Shown in pieces: positions 37,895 to 47,433 of a stretch of 64,000 nt of DNA; the stretch's first letter is position 1, and every line of letters begins with the position of its first letter. This DNA is from Candidatus Bathyarchaeota archaeon. GTDB taxonomy: Archaea; Thermoproteota; Bathyarchaeia; TCS64. Location: NCBI GenBank assembly GCA_018396865.1, contig JAGTRB010000001.1, forward strand, positions 133,970 through 197,969, written 5' to 3'. Below the pieces are notes generated by a model that had not been told where the DNA came from, ran no database searches, and saw only the letters and a program-made list of their open reading frames with translations. Both the position numbers and the translations under genes were made by a program.

Positions 37895-38392
37895 CTATAG
37901 CCTAAGCCTCCCCTTCTCGAGGGCTGTCACACCTGTCCTAGAGAACTCTAGGATGCCGATGGGGCTAACCTTCTTCAGGAATTCTTCTATCGTCTCCGTC
38001 TCCCCCGTGACCTCTGCTATTATGGATTCGGCATCGATGTCTAGGATCAGGCCGTGATAGGAGTTTATATGTTTAAGGGCTTCCTCCCTGGCCATTGGGT
38101 CGGAGGTCTGGAGCTTCACCAGCAGCATCTCCCTCGCCACAGTCCTCATGGGATCGAGCCTCTTAACCCTGATCACATCGACCATCTTATCCAGCTGCTC
38201 GACTATCTGGTTGAGAACCCTGCTATCGGCCTTCAAGGTGATGGTCATCCTAGCCAGCTCTGGGTCGTCCAGTGGACCAACCGATATGCTCTCTATGTTG
38301 AATCCCCTCCTCCTGAAGAGGTTCGTTACATTGAAGAGGACTCCTGGCTTGTTCTCCACCAAGAACGCGACGGTGCTCAGGGAACGGTACAT
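37895..38392 (-). CDS. ilvN: Acetolactate synthase small (regulatory, ACT) subunit
   Basis: ACT domain, position between ilvB and ilvC. Confidence 0.8.
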   Translation of the reverse strand: MYRSLSTVAFLVENKPGVLFNVTNLFRRRGFNIESISVGPLDDPELARMTITLKADSRVLNQIVEQLDKMVDVIRVKRLDPMRTVAREMLLVKLQTSDPMAREEALKHINSYHGLILDIDAESIIAEVTGETETIEEFLKKVSPIGILEFSRTGVTALEKGRLRL

Positions 38393-38394
38393 GG

Positions 38395-40083
38395 TTAAGC
38401 CTCCATTATGAACTCCTTAAGCCCTTTACCCGGGGGGACCATCGGGAAGACGTTCTCCTCAGGGTCTATGGGGACATCTATAACGGTTGTCTGATCTGCC
38501 TCAATCGCCCTCCTAATCTCCCTCTCAAGCTCCTCCAAAGACTCGGGGCGGACTCCTACAGCTCCATAGGCCTCGGCGAGCTTCACGAAATCGGGAGCCT
38601 TCCCAAGCTCCACACCGAAGTACCTCCTACCGTAAAAGAGCCTCTGCCACTGGGCGACCATGCCCAGCATCCTGTTGTTAAGGATCACCACGATAACCGG
38701 GAGTTCCTCCTCAACAGACGTGGCCAGGTTGTTCTCGGTCATGGCGAAGCTTCCGTCCCCCGCTATGTCAACAACAGGGACATCCCTCCTCGCGGCCTTA
38801 GCCCCTATTGCGGCGGGGAATCCCCACCCCATCGTTCCTAACCCACCAGATGTGAGAAAGGTCCTCGGGGCGTAGGAGTCGAAGTAGAGGGAGGCCCACA
38901 TCTGGCACTGCCCAACCTCCGTCGTGATTATCGCATCCCTCGGTAGGCTCCTCCTAAGCGCCCTCATAACCTCCGGCCCCCTCATGTGGGGGTTACCCTT
39001 TGCCTCCGGCATGATGTAGAGCTCTCTCAGCTCATTGATCCTCCTAACCCACTCAGAGTCTCCGGAGGCCTCGAGCCTGATCCTTCGCAGCCTTTCCAGG
39101 AGACCCGTCAGGGCAAGCTTCGCATCTCCGACCACCCTCGTCACGGTCTCGACATTCTTGTCTATCTCACTCCGATCTATGTCCACGTGGATCACCTTCG
39201 CGTTCGGTGAGAACTCCTTCACGAGCCCCGTCGTCCTATCGGAGAGCCTAGCCCCCACGACGAGTAGTACATCAGCCTCCGCTAAGAGGGTGTTAGCTTC
39301 CCCTGTTCCATGCATTCCGCATCCACCGACATATAGTGGGTGGTCGTTTGGCACGGCGCCCTTCCCCATCAGGCTGGTCGCCACAGGGGCCATGAGGGCC
39401 TCTGCTAGGGCTATCAGCTCCCTGGAGGCGTTGGAGGATATGACACCCCCACCCGCAAGTATCATGGGCCTCTTAGCCCGGGAGAGGAGAACAGAGGCCC
39501 AGTCAAGCTCCCTTGGATCAGGCTCCTCCTGGACCCTATAACCCCTGAAGCTGACCTTCTCGGGAAACTCCATATCCTCGACGGATGTCTGGACATCCTT
39601 TGGAATATCCACTAGGACCGCGCCCTTCCTCCCCGTGGAGGCCAGGTAGAAGGCGGCCTTAACAGCCCAAGGTATATCCCTCGCTCCTCTCACCTGTATA
39701 TTGTACTTCGTTACAGAGGCGGACACGCCTATGATGTCAACCTCTTGGAAGGCATCGGTCCCTATCACCGGGATCGGCACTTGGCCCGTGAAGGCCACGA
39801 CGGAAGACGAGTCTATGTTGGCTGTGGCTATCCCTGTGACCAGATTTGTGGCTCCAGGCCCCGACGTAGCCAAGCAGACGCCAACCCTACCGCTCGCCCT
39901 GGCATAGCCGTCCGCCATGTGGGCCGCTCCCTGCTCGTGGCGGGCTAGGATGAACCTTATATCAGAGTCGTATAGGGCATCGCAAATGGGGAGTATTGCG
40001 CCCCCTGGCAGGCCGAAGATGGTCTCGACCCCTTCCCTTTTCAAGGCCTTGACGAAGGCCTCAGCCCCGGACATCCTAGTCAT
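38395..40083 (-). CDS. ilvB: Acetolactate synthase large subunit (ThDP-dependent)
   Basis: 562 aa, ThDP motif GDGSFAMTENNLAT, FAD-binding region. Confidence 0.85.
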   Translation of the reverse strand: MTRMSGAEAFVKALKREGVETIFGLPGGAILPICDALYDSDIRFILARHEQGAAHMADGYARASGRVGVCLATSGPGATNLVTGIATANIDSSSVVAFTGQVPIPVIGTDAFQEVDIIGVSASVTKYNIQVRGARDIPWAVKAAFYLASTGRKGAVLVDIPKDVQTSVEDMEFPEKVSFRGYRVQEEPDPRELDWASVLLSRAKRPMILAGGGVISSNASRELIALAEALMAPVATSLMGKGAVPNDHPLYVGGCGMHGTGEANTLLAEADVLLVVGARLSDRTTGLVKEFSPNAKVIHVDIDRSEIDKNVETVTRVVGDAKLALTGLLERLRRIRLEASGDSEWVRRINELRELYIMPEAKGNPHMRGPEVMRALRRSLPRDAIITTEVGQCQMWASLYFDSYAPRTFLTSGGLGTMGWGFPAAIGAKAARRDVPVVDIAGDGSFAMTENNLATSVEEELPVIVVILNNRMLGMVAQWQRLFYGRRYFGVELGKAPDFVKLAEAYGAVGVRPESLEELEREIRRAIEADQTTVIDVPIDPEENVFPMVPPGKGLKEFIMEA

Positions 40084-40502
40084 ACCCGGCCTCCTCCTCT
40101 ACAGGGGCCTTCCTAAAAGCTTCTGCAAACTCTAAGTTTAGGGGCCTTGAGGCTACGCCTTTCGGATGGGGCTTATTCGGGGAGAATAAAACAATACCCC
40201 ATCTATGTTTCCCCCCTCTCAGGGGTGTGGAGAACTCTATACCCCATTTCTACTCCCTCAAGATATGTGGATACCACCTATTAGAAAGCTGGATAAAAGC
40301 TTTTCTCTCCCCACTCGCTTCATGTAGGAGGTTTTTAGGAGGCAGAGAATTGAAGATCCGGCTCCTACGAAAATCTCCGTTCAGCGGCAAACTTCGATCA
40401 TACTGTTAAGATCGCTTCAGAGCATGCTTCCATTATCTCGATTTTCTTTCCTTCTCACACCTTCTAGAAGTTGCTATTTCTTAATGGTCTTTCAATAATA
40501 TG

Positions 40503-41120
40503 TTATCTGATTTGTTTTGGGTAGGCGAGTCTACTATGTTTGAGGCCCAATTTTACGGCGATCTCCGCCAATTTTATGGATGCCTCGGCCCCATCTATGA
40601 CCGGGAGGTTGAACTCCTCCCTCAGCCTCCTTCCTAGGCCCCAGAGGGCTAGGCAGCCCAAATAAAAGGCGTCCCCCTCCCCCCTCTCAATACTGCCCTT
40701 GATCATCCTCCTTATCATCTCAATCGTCTTTTCGAGATCTCGCCTCATCTCAAGAACCGGGATCTCCGGGGTTATACAGCAGGGCTTGGTTCCAATCATA
40801 GAAGCTAGAATCCTCATTGCCTCCCCTGGACCTATCACCGGTATGTCGACAAGCTCTCTGGCCGCTTTTAGGGCTGGATCCCCGGCGCACCAGATGATGG
40901 CCGCGTCACATCCATCCCTCTCAGCGCCCCTAACCAATCTGAGTATCTCAGGCCCGGCTTCCACTGCGTCCACCTCCGCCTCTATGGCCTGCGGCCCCCT
41001 CTCGGCCACGACGGCGTCTATCTCCGTATCTCTTTCAGCCAGGGTTCTGAGGTACCTCAGCCTCTCCTCGATCTGCCCTTCCGAGAGGCCTAGGATCGGG
41101 ATAATAACCCTTATCTTCAA
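40503..41120 (-). CDS. Asp/Glu/hydantoin racemase superfamily protein
   Basis: ~205 aa two-domain pattern with conserved Cys (GCDAAIIWCAGDP ... GCLALWG). Confidence 0.5.
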   Translation of the reverse strand: MKIRVIIPILGLSEGQIEERLRYLRTLAERDTEIDAVVAERGPQAIEAEVDAVEAGPEILRLVRGAERDGCDAAIIWCAGDPALKAARELVDIPVIGPGEAMRILASMIGTKPCCITPEIPVLEMRRDLEKTIEMIRRMIKGSIERGEGDAFYLGCLALWGLGRRLREEFNLPVIDGAEASIKLAEIAVKLGLKHSRLAYPKQIR

Positions 41121-41179
41121 ACTCTCCCGAGCCCCTGTGAAAATCTCACCAAAACTTGATGATAATCTTATAGGATAAA

Positions 41180-42169
41180 TTAGAGCTCTATTCTAATCAT
41201 CCTTCTTAGCCTCTCCTCGACCTCGTTTATCGGATGTCTGAGGGCCTCTTCCTTGAGTCTTCTGAACATGGGGTAACCTGCCTGCTGCTCCAGCTGCCAC
41301 TCCCTTGCAAATCTCCCTGTCTTAATCTCCCTTATGACCTCCTTAATCATGCCCTTAGCCGAGTCGGGCATAACCCTGGAGCTATAGGTTAGGGTTCCAT
41401 ACTGGCTAGTCGTTGAATGTAGGGACATCTGCTTATAGAGCCCCATCTTGGCGGCGGCCCTGAAGACCTCCGCCAGCTCTCCGGAGGCGTACATCTCCAA
41501 TAGGACGGCCTCCGGCGTGTACCCCTCCTCGACGAGGGCCTCGAACCCTAGCTGTATCGCGCGGAAGATAACTGGGACGGTGTAGTGCTCCGAAAAGTGG
41601 TCGAGTTCGGCCTCCTCCGCAAAGCTCAGCTCCATCACGCCCACCCTCGTCGCTCCGATGGCTTTGGCTAAAGCCAGAACCCTCCTCAACCCCTCGCCCG
41701 AAGCGTCCTGTCCAACCGAGATGAAGGCTGGCGCCCCAGATCCCCTCTGGAAGAGCTCTCTCACATATGTGCCTATCATCCTTGGTGCTAGTAGGAGGAT
41801 ATCCACATCTCTGGGTGGTTTTATGAAGCCGTAATGTATGGTGTAGCCGTGAGCGAAGACTAAGGCTTTTCCCTTGGAGAGATTCTCTTTCACTTCCCTA
41901 TTATAAACCTCTGGCTGCACCTCGTCGGGGAGAAGAAATAGGATAATCTCGGCGAGCTCAGATGCCCTGGAGATGGGATATACCTTGAAACCATCCTCAA
42001 CGGCCCTATCCCAGCTCTCATCCCTTATGCTTCCAACTATCACATTTAGGCCGCTATCTCTCATGTTTAGGGCCTGAGCCCTGCCTTGGTTTCCATAACC
42101 TACAACGGCTATGGTTTTATCGGATATAACCTTGAGATCCGCGTCAGCATCATAATAAACCTTAACCAT
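41180..42169 (-). CDS. ilvC: Ketol-acid reductoisomerase (copy 2, paralog)
   Basis: VVGYGNQGRAQALNMRDSG; 329 aa, clearly paralogous to 36891 gene. Confidence 0.8.
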   Translation of the reverse strand: MVKVYYDADADLKVISDKTIAVVGYGNQGRAQALNMRDSGLNVIVGSIRDESWDRAVEDGFKVYPISRASELAEIILFLLPDEVQPEVYNREVKENLSKGKALVFAHGYTIHYGFIKPPRDVDILLLAPRMIGTYVRELFQRGSGAPAFISVGQDASGEGLRRVLALAKAIGATRVGVMELSFAEEAELDHFSEHYTVPVIFRAIQLGFEALVEEGYTPEAVLLEMYASGELAEVFRAAAKMGLYKQMSLHSTTSQYGTLTYSSRVMPDSAKGMIKEVIREIKTGRFAREWQLEQQAGYPMFRRLKEEALRHPINEVEERLRRMIRIEL

Positions 42170-42250
42170 CTAACTCCTCCTTATCATTCATGATACCATT
42201 TAATTATGAACCCTCTTATATGGAGGCTTAAATCCGTCGGCTCTAGATTT

Positions 42251-42511
42251 TTAGCCTCCTATCCTGTAGATGATATCCCCCTCTCTCACTCTTCCCGAGA
42301 CCTTTAGACCTATAGAAGACCCTGGGCCCGCCTCCTTCACGGGCTTATGTTCGATTTCCATAGACTCCACGACCTGTTCGAAGTTTGTGGTCATGCCTTT
42401 GATGGCGATGTGATCTCCCACCCTGAGGGGGGCGGTGAGTTCAACCACGGCGACCCCTATCCTCCCATAATAATGGGTCACACTACCAACTTTCTCAAGG
42501 GATCTAGACAT
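42251..42511 (-). CDS. Small beta-barrel protein resembling EF-Tu domain 2
   Basis: ~86 aa from MSRSLEKVG...; GRIGVAVVELTAPLRVGDHIAIKG pattern; listed N-terminal extension unlikely. Confidence 0.35.
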   Translation of the reverse strand: MSRSLEKVGSVTHYYGRIGVAVVELTAPLRVGDHIAIKGMTTNFEQVVESMEIEHKPVKEAGPGSSIGLKVSGRVREGDIIYRIGG

Positions 42512-42722
42512 GGTTAAAACTCCTCCATTAAAAATAAAAAGCCTTCCCCACGGGCGCGTGCTAAATGGCTTTATCCTGGGAGGCTCTTCCATCACAGCCG
42601 TCCTAGGAGGATTAGGAACCCTATCAGCCACTTCATAGGGCTCTAGGTTTGGAGACTTGTCCCCTCACTTGCCGCTCAAGGATAAATATGGAATCACCTA
42701 AAATTCACTGGGGCTGATTGGG

Positions 42723-43949
42723 TTGAGCTTCATAACTCACCTGGAATGCTCAAAGTGTGGGAAGGAATTTGATGCCGAGAAGGTTCAGACCGTCTGCGAC
42801 TCGTGTGGAAAGCCACTATTAGCTCGTTACGATATTGAGGCTGCGAGTCAGGCCTTAGATAGAGAAAGCCTAAGAGGGAGAGAGGCCACGATGTGGCGTT
42901 ACTTTGAGCTTCTGCCGGTCAAGGATAAGAGTAACATCGTGAGCCTAGGGGAGGGATGGACCCCCCTCACCCCAGCCCCAAGGCTTGGGAGAATGATCGG
43001 GGTCCCAAAGCTCTGGATCAAGGACGAGGGTGTAATACCAACCGGCTCCTTCAAAGCCCGGGGCCTATCGGCAGCTGTCTCAAAGGCTAAGGAGCTGGGG
43101 ATTAGACGTGTCGCCATGCCCTCAGCTGGAAACGCGGCTGGGGCTCTAGCCGCCTATGGAGCCAGGGCTGGAATGGATGTCTACGTTCTTATGCCTGAGG
43201 ATGCCCCAAGGGTTAACATAGTGGAGTCTCACATCGCGGGGGCGAGGGTCTTCTTGGTTAAGGGGCTGATAACCGACGCTGGGAGGCTGGTCTCAGAGAA
43301 GGAGGCTGAGGCGGGCTGGTTCAACCTCTCGACTCTGAGGGAGCCATATAGGGTTGAGGGTAAGAAGACCATGGGCTTCGAGATAGCCGAGCAGATGGAC
43401 TGGGATCTTCCCGATATAATAGTCTATCCCACCGGAGGGGGGACAGGGATAATAGGTATGTGGAAGGCCTTCCAGGAGCTTGAGAACCTGGGTTGGATTG
43501 GAGATGAGAGGCCGAGGATGATATCCGTCCAGGCTGAGGGATGCGCACCTTTATATAAGGCTTACATGGAGGGCAAATCAGAGTCAGAGTACTGGGAGGG
43601 CGCCAGGACCATAGCCGCAGGCATAAGGGTGCCGAAGGCTCTAGGGGATTTCCTCATCCTTAGGATTATAAGGGAGAGCGGGGGGATGGTCGTAACCGTC
43701 AGCGACGAAGAGATAATAGAGTCTATAGGCCTGATTGCCAAGAAAGAGGGGATATTCCCATGCCCTGAGGGGGCTGCAACCCTAGCAGCCCTAAGGGGCC
43801 TGGTGGAGGAGGGGAAGGTAGACAGGGATGAGAGGGTGGTCATCTTCAACACGGGCTCAGGCCTCAAATACGTAGACCTATTCCCCGTCGAGGCCCCCCT
43901 TATCCATCCTAAGAGAGAAAGGCTTCAAATTTTTAATAATCCTCTGTGA
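42723..43949 (+). CDS. thrC: Threonine synthase with N-terminal zinc ribbon
   Basis: CSKCGKEF...CDSCGKPL then PLP fold GSFKARG lysine motif; TTG start. Confidence 0.8.
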   Translation: MSFITHLECSKCGKEFDAEKVQTVCDSCGKPLLARYDIEAASQALDRESLRGREATMWRYFELLPVKDKSNIVSLGEGWTPLTPAPRLGRMIGVPKLWIKDEGVIPTGSFKARGLSAAVSKAKELGIRRVAMPSAGNAAGALAAYGARAGMDVYVLMPEDAPRVNIVESHIAGARVFLVKGLITDAGRLVSEKEAEAGWFNLSTLREPYRVEGKKTMGFEIAEQMDWDLPDIIVYPTGGGTGIIGMWKAFQELENLGWIGDERPRMISVQAEGCAPLYKAYMEGKSESEYWEGARTIAAGIRVPKALGDFLILRIIRESGGMVVTVSDEEIIESIGLIAKKEGIFPCPEGAATLAALRGLVEEGKVDRDERVVIFNTGSGLKYVDLFPVEAPLIHPKRERLQIFNNPL

Positions 43950-43981
43950 GATGCGCGAACGATAATCCTTTAGAAACTGGT

Positions 43982-44815
43982 TCATAACTCGAAGTTTTTG
44001 AGAATCCCGTCTATAGCTCTTCCAACGTTTTCACCTACGTAGCCCCCCTCGAGAACGAAGAAGGTCGGCTTTCCAAAAGAAGCCAGAATTTTCCCTATCT
44101 TCTCATAGGTTTTTTCACTTAAACCCAAAGACGCCAGGTCTCCAGAGTAAGCGTCAAAACCGGATGAGACGGCTATCACCTCGATCCTTCCCATGTCCAC
44201 CATTTTCAGGGCTTCTTGGAGGGTTTTCAGGTAAACAACCTCTCCGCAGTTCGCTGGCAGTGGGAAGTTCAGGCAGTTTAACTCTGAATAGTAGCCTGTT
44301 CCCGGATAGTGTGGGTGTCTATGCAATGAGACATATACGATCCTTGGATCGCCTAGAAAAATTTCCTGTGTCCCATTACCATGGTGCCCATCGATATCTA
44401 AGATCAGCGTGGGCCTGTCGAGACGTTTCACCGCTACAGCGATGTTGTTTATGTAGCAAAAACCCCTCGTATGGGCGCCTAAAGCAGCTCCAGACCTGCC
44501 TACGTGATGTCCGGGGGGTCTCATTAGAGAGAAACCGTTCATCTCCGCGGCTAGAATCGCCCCTCCAGCTGAGAGCATAGCATATTCGTAAATGTTGTCA
44601 TAGGCGGGTGTGTCAACATCCTCCACATCCCCACCTTTAAGCAGCTGGATGTATTTTGGATCATGAACTCTGAGAAGGTCCTCCTCCCTTGCAGGTTGTG
44701 GTTCTATAAACTCGTATCCCCTTTCCTTCAATATCTCATAAGCCCTCTTCACCCTTTCCGGGCTTTCGATGTGCCAGGACCCATACTCCAAACACCTCTC
44801 AGAATATATAACCAT
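43982..44815 (-). CDS. Histone deacetylase / acetoin utilization (AcuC) family protein
   Basis: RPPGHH, DIDGHHGNGTQ, SSGFDAY motifs of arginase-deacetylase fold. Confidence 0.75.
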   Translation of the reverse strand: MVIYSERCLEYGSWHIESPERVKRAYEILKERGYEFIEPQPAREEDLLRVHDPKYIQLLKGGDVEDVDTPAYDNIYEYAMLSAGGAILAAEMNGFSLMRPPGHHVGRSGAALGAHTRGFCYINNIAVAVKRLDRPTLILDIDGHHGNGTQEIFLGDPRIVYVSLHRHPHYPGTGYYSELNCLNFPLPANCGEVVYLKTLQEALKMVDMGRIEVIAVSSGFDAYSGDLASLGLSEKTYEKIGKILASFGKPTFFVLEGGYVGENVGRAIDGILKNFEL

Positions 44816-44912
44816 CGGCTTCATCGAAACCCATAAACTCCCTCCCCCTTTTAATATATAAAACATCGATGAGATCTGGTGGAATCAAACTATAAAATGG
44901 AGATTAATTATT

Positions 44913-45272
44913 TCAGAGAAACCCCAGTATACCTAATCCGATTAAGCCGAGTATTGCGATTATTACTATGAAAATTATTACTGCAATCAAAGCTATAAGG
45001 AAAGCTTTTAACCATCCGCAGTCGAAGAAGTGTTTAATCAACGCTAACCAAACTATGAGCATGATGATTGCGGCGATTAACCCGCTGAGGAGGGAGTTTA
45101 CTACCGCGCCTAAAAGCTGGCCTATTATGACTATACTTATTGCGTCTGTGAATTTTGCCTTCTCCTTACCTACCAGTGCCCTTCCAGAGAGCCACAGCGC
45201 AGGTGCGACCACTATTATACCAGCTAAAATCTGTATAAGCAACGCCGTTAAATTCATATATCTACTTCCCAC
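44913..45272 (-). CDS. Small polytopic membrane protein
   Basis: Three hydrophobic segments; no recognisable motif. Confidence 0.35.
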   Translation of the reverse strand: MGSRYMNLTALLIQILAGIIVVAPALWLSGRALVGKEKAKFTDAISIVIIGQLLGAVVNSLLSGLIAAIIMLIVWLALIKHFFDCGWLKAFLIALIAVIIFIVIIAILGLIGLGILGFL

Positions 45273-45444
45273 TCCTATTTCTGGAACTATTCCATTTCCC
45301 TTATAAACTTATCTACTAGAATTTCTTGTTTAACATGATCATTAAATATGATCTTGGAAAAATCTCAACCAGAGTTAATCAAAAATTTCATGAAGTCAAA
45401 TCTCTCTTTTTTTGACAATTCCCATCCTTCTCTTTTTCAGAATA

Positions 45445-46416
45445 TTAAGAAGAGCTGTAAGTTAGAGGTGTAGCTAGATCAGCTATGTCTATTATATGCT
45501 TAGCTATCTCCTTCACAAGTTCTGCGAGTGCTGGGAGGCGGCTTCTGGCGTTCACGGTCATGTAGTTGAGATTGCTGAGCAGTTCCTCCTCTCGCCTCTG
45601 AAGCTCCTCTATACTCTCCCTGCTCTTGGAGAGGAAGGCCTCGACGGCTAGGTTCTGCATCTCCTCCAGGTTTTTACCCGCCTCTCCGAGGATCCTCCTC
45701 TCCTCCCCCTCTAGTTTGAGTCCATCTATCCTCATCCCAACGATTCCGACGGATGCGTCCCCTATTCTCTCTAGGAGATGGGATGCAACCCTATAGTCGA
45801 GGAGATCCACGAGGCTGAGTTTAAGTTTTGAGGGGAGAAGGGGAGTGATCATCGCGCTGCGGATAAGCCTCACGATCAGGAAGTAGATCCTGTCGACCTC
45901 TTCATCCCTCTCCACAACCACCCTCGCGAGGTGTTCATCCCCCTCCACGATGGAGTTTATGGCATCTCTGCACATCCCCACAGTCAGGAGATGCATCCTC
46001 CTGAAGAGGCTCTCAAGACTGAGGTTCTCAGTCTGGAGGAGGAACTGGAGGGTTACAGACCTCGCATCCTCCTCCACGATCTCAAGCCCTATCAGCTGTC
46101 TATAAGCCCTCTTTAGAGCCTCTCTATCCTCGAATGAGATCCTAGCCTCTCCCATTATCTTGATGGTGTCAAAGCCTAGGAGGTAGGCCGCCGTTATAGT
46201 GTTTTGGAGGTGAAGTTGGCTGGGTGTTGGATATGGCACCCTGAGCTCCTTAGGGCGCCCCTCCTCGCCCTTGAAGGGGCGTATCATGAGGGATCCGTCC
46301 CCCCTCAGCTCTAAGGCCAAGATGCTCCCCTTCCTTATCCTGGAGCCTTCAGCCCACTGCTTAGGTAGGGATATGAGGAGGGCCCCTCCTATCTCCTGGA
46401 CCTTCCTAAGCTCCAT
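45445..46416 (-). CDS. PhoU-family regulator with N-terminal AbrB/SpoVT-like domain
   Basis: N-term swapped-hairpin-like segment plus two PhoU-like helical repeats. Confidence 0.65.
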   Translation of the reverse strand: MELRKVQEIGGALLISLPKQWAEGSRIRKGSILALELRGDGSLMIRPFKGEEGRPKELRVPYPTPSQLHLQNTITAAYLLGFDTIKIMGEARISFEDREALKRAYRQLIGLEIVEEDARSVTLQFLLQTENLSLESLFRRMHLLTVGMCRDAINSIVEGDEHLARVVVERDEEVDRIYFLIVRLIRSAMITPLLPSKLKLSLVDLLDYRVASHLLERIGDASVGIVGMRIDGLKLEGEERRILGEAGKNLEEMQNLAVEAFLSKSRESIEELQRREEELLSNLNYMTVNARSRLPALAELVKEIAKHIIDIADLATPLTYSSS

Positions 46417-46486
46417 TCCGAAACTATAAGGGTCTTTAAAGTTTTAATAGGTTACCTTAATATTTAACTCCCTGAAACCTAATCGG

Positions 46487-47293
46487 ATGGCCTCAGGGGA
46501 TGATTCTAGGAGATCTTCATCTAGGGCCCAGAGGATTACCCTCATAGCCCTATCCGCTTCCCTGTATGCTGTGGGCTCCTACATAACCTCTTACATCGAG
46601 AGCCCATGGGGCATAGGCCAGTTCAGACCAGCTGTTGTCATTCCCTTCTTCTTCGCTGTTGCATACGGCCCAGCTGTAGGAGGCCTAGGCGCGGCCCTGG
46701 GGACCTTCCTGGCCAGCCTGATCAGGTATGGACAGCCCTTCCTGACCCTGGTATCTGGAACCCCTGGGAACCTAGCTGGATTCTATCTTGTAGGTCTTCT
46801 TCATAAGAGATTCACGTGGCCCAAGTTCTTGGCGGTATCCTTCCTAGGCCTCCTGGTAGGAAATCTAATTGCCGCCTTCGGGGTCTTATTAGCAGCATAC
46901 CTAGGGCTATATCCTCCAATAGCGGGCATGACTGCACAACCCCCTGGGGTTCAGGCCTCCTTCGTTTTGGGATTGACCCTCTTCTGGATGGTTACCATGT
47001 GGCCCTTCATCCTTGTCCTTGTTCCCTTGATGCTAAGGTCCGCGAGCGGCCTTCTACCCGACCACATCAGAACTCATCTCCTAAGGCCCAACGAGGCGAG
47101 GTTCTCCTTTTCACTCTCCTTCTCCACGGTGGGCCTCCTCGCCCTATTGATAGGGGTGATCGCCCTTCAATTTCCAGGAGCCTTCGCCCCGGCTGGAACT
47201 GCTGCCGTCGGAGCCATCTCAACTGTCTTCACCGCAATAGGGGTTCTACTTCTGGGTGCGGGATTGCTCCACGCCCTAAGGGGATCTAAATAG
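46487..47293 (+). CDS. Polytopic membrane protein (ECF transporter S-component-like)
   Basis: ~6 TM segments, Gly/Ala-rich helices. Confidence 0.4.
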   Translation: MASGDDSRRSSSRAQRITLIALSASLYAVGSYITSYIESPWGIGQFRPAVVIPFFFAVAYGPAVGGLGAALGTFLASLIRYGQPFLTLVSGTPGNLAGFYLVGLLHKRFTWPKFLAVSFLGLLVGNLIAAFGVLLAAYLGLYPPIAGMTAQPPGVQASFVLGLTLFWMVTMWPFILVLVPLMLRSASGLLPDHIRTHLLRPNEARFSFSLSFSTVGLLALLIGVIALQFPGAFAPAGTAAVGAISTVFTAIGVLLLGAGLLHALRGSK

Positions 47294-47433
47294 CGGGAGT
47301 TTAATCTAGGCTTAGGCCGACGATGTGAGCTTCCCAAGGGTCGTTTAATTGGAATCTTCAGGGTTTAAATTTCAGGGTTTTTAAGCACCTTTCTGGGCAC
47401 CATTTTTATAAAAGGATCTCATAGTAAGAGGCT

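Noticed and set aside
42512-42631. N-terminal 40-aa extension of the 42251 ORF (MADRVPNPPRTAV...)
   Set aside because: Pro/Arg-rich and not part of the beta-barrel domain; internal ATG at 42511 gives a compact 86-aa protein.
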